Source: a virus. From it: 64,000 nucleotides of DNA. The notes beneath the pieces are model-generated. The model saw only the letters and a program-made list of their open reading frames with translations, made no database searches and was not told the origin of the DNA. The stretch lies in the IMG/VR virus record IMGVR_UViG_3300017435_000029; one strand, 5' to 3'. The translations under genes and the position numbers were made by a program. Below are positions 63,563 to 64,000 of this stretch, piece by piece. Position 1 is the first letter of the stretch. Every line of letters begins with the position of its first letter.

Positions 63563-63650
63563 TTAGGCGCCCTCCCCTGCGGCTCCCTAGCGTGAGCTGG
63601 TATAGAGGGGTAGACCCTAAGAGAGACCCTCCCCTAAGGGATGAGATGAG

Positions 63651-63941
63651 ATGGAAGAGGACACGGGTGGTGTGGAGATCCCCACCCAGTCGCAGAGGCG
63701 GGCGGGCCGGTTCATGTACTGGCTCGGCGGCAGCTGGAGCGCGTTTGCGGCCAGCTACATCACCGCCATCACCTTCTTCGACGTTCCGAAGGAGAACGTA
63801 CGCTTCGCCGACACGGTGCTAGGCTTCCTGCTGGGCACGGTAGTGACGAGCGTCCTGAACTTCTACTTCGGGTCGAGCAAGTCGGCACACAACCAGGAGG
63901 AGATACTGATCGCCACCGCCAAGAATGGAGAGCTGAAGTGA
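63651..63941 (+). CDS. holin-like two-TM membrane protein
   Basis: Two hydrophobic helices and a charged C-terminus; lies after the tail genes, at the start of a probable lysis cassette. Confidence 0.45.
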   Translation: MEEDTGGVEIPTQSQRRAGRFMYWLGGSWSAFAASYITAITFFDVPKENVRFADTVLGFLLGTVVTSVLNFYFGSSKSAHNQEEILIATAKNGELK

Positions 63942-64000
63942 TGAAGATCCTGAAGATGCTGGTGGGCCTGTACGAGCTGTACAAGGTCCAGCAGAAGGTG
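63941..64000 (+). CDS. 5' end of a gene that continues beyond the window (MMKILKMLVGLYELYKVQQKV...)
   Basis: TGATG overlap with the upstream gene. Confidence 0.3.
   Translation, partial: MKILKMLVGLYELYKVQQKV

Overview
This 64-kb window is a visibly high-GC segment of a tailed phage genome, most likely an actinobacteriophage. All convincing genes lie on the + strand. The minus-strand ORFs and the overlapping alternative-frame ORFs in the track give R/A/P/G-rich translations with low third-position GC, and I treat them as GC artefacts. Coordinates and start codons were worked out by hand from the ORF track and may be off by a few nt.

Left arm (1 to 24.2 kb), an early and nucleic-acid-metabolism module:
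- ATP-dependent DNA ligase (KIDGIR motif I).
- Rnl2-type RNA ligase (KIHGTN motif I).
- HAD-family 5'(3')-deoxyribonucleotidase-like phosphatase.
- Redox-dead thioredoxin-fold protein (WAGWAPPS in place of WCGPC).
- Small UDG-superfamily-like protein.
- Pol-beta-fold nucleotidyltransferase-like protein.
- Two adjacent lipoproteins, one with an SPFH/band-7-like domain and one with Tyr-rich YKAP repeats.
- Three paralogs of a small Cys-containing family.
- Many small hypothetical, acidic and membrane proteins.

Right arm (24.5 to 64 kb), a complete morphogenesis module:
- Small and large terminase, a Kelch-like beta-propeller protein and the portal.
- A 1552-aa head protein that fuses an N-terminal Mu-F/SPP1-gp7 minor-head domain to a complete T7-like single-subunit RNA polymerase (motifs A, B and C all present).
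- Scaffold, HK97-like major capsid protein and connector proteins.
- Major tail protein followed by a tRNA-Trp(CCA).
- Tail assembly chaperones with a canonical GGGAAAG -1 frameshift site.
- A 3266-aa tape measure protein with a lytic transglycosylase domain, two tail-tip proteins, and a 3124-aa repeat-rich central fibre.
- A GNAT-like protein and a holin-like membrane protein.

Seven copies of a conserved AT-rich intergenic element (consensus CGTTAAAYTRMCCC; five are CCCGTTAAATTAACCC) sit on the + strand at module boundaries. They contain the T3-promoter-like string AATTAACCC and are the best candidates for promoters of the phage's own RNA polymerase. The MuF-RNAP fusion together with this promoter-like family is the most interesting candidate system in the window. 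I saw no CRISPR arrays, integrases or transposases.
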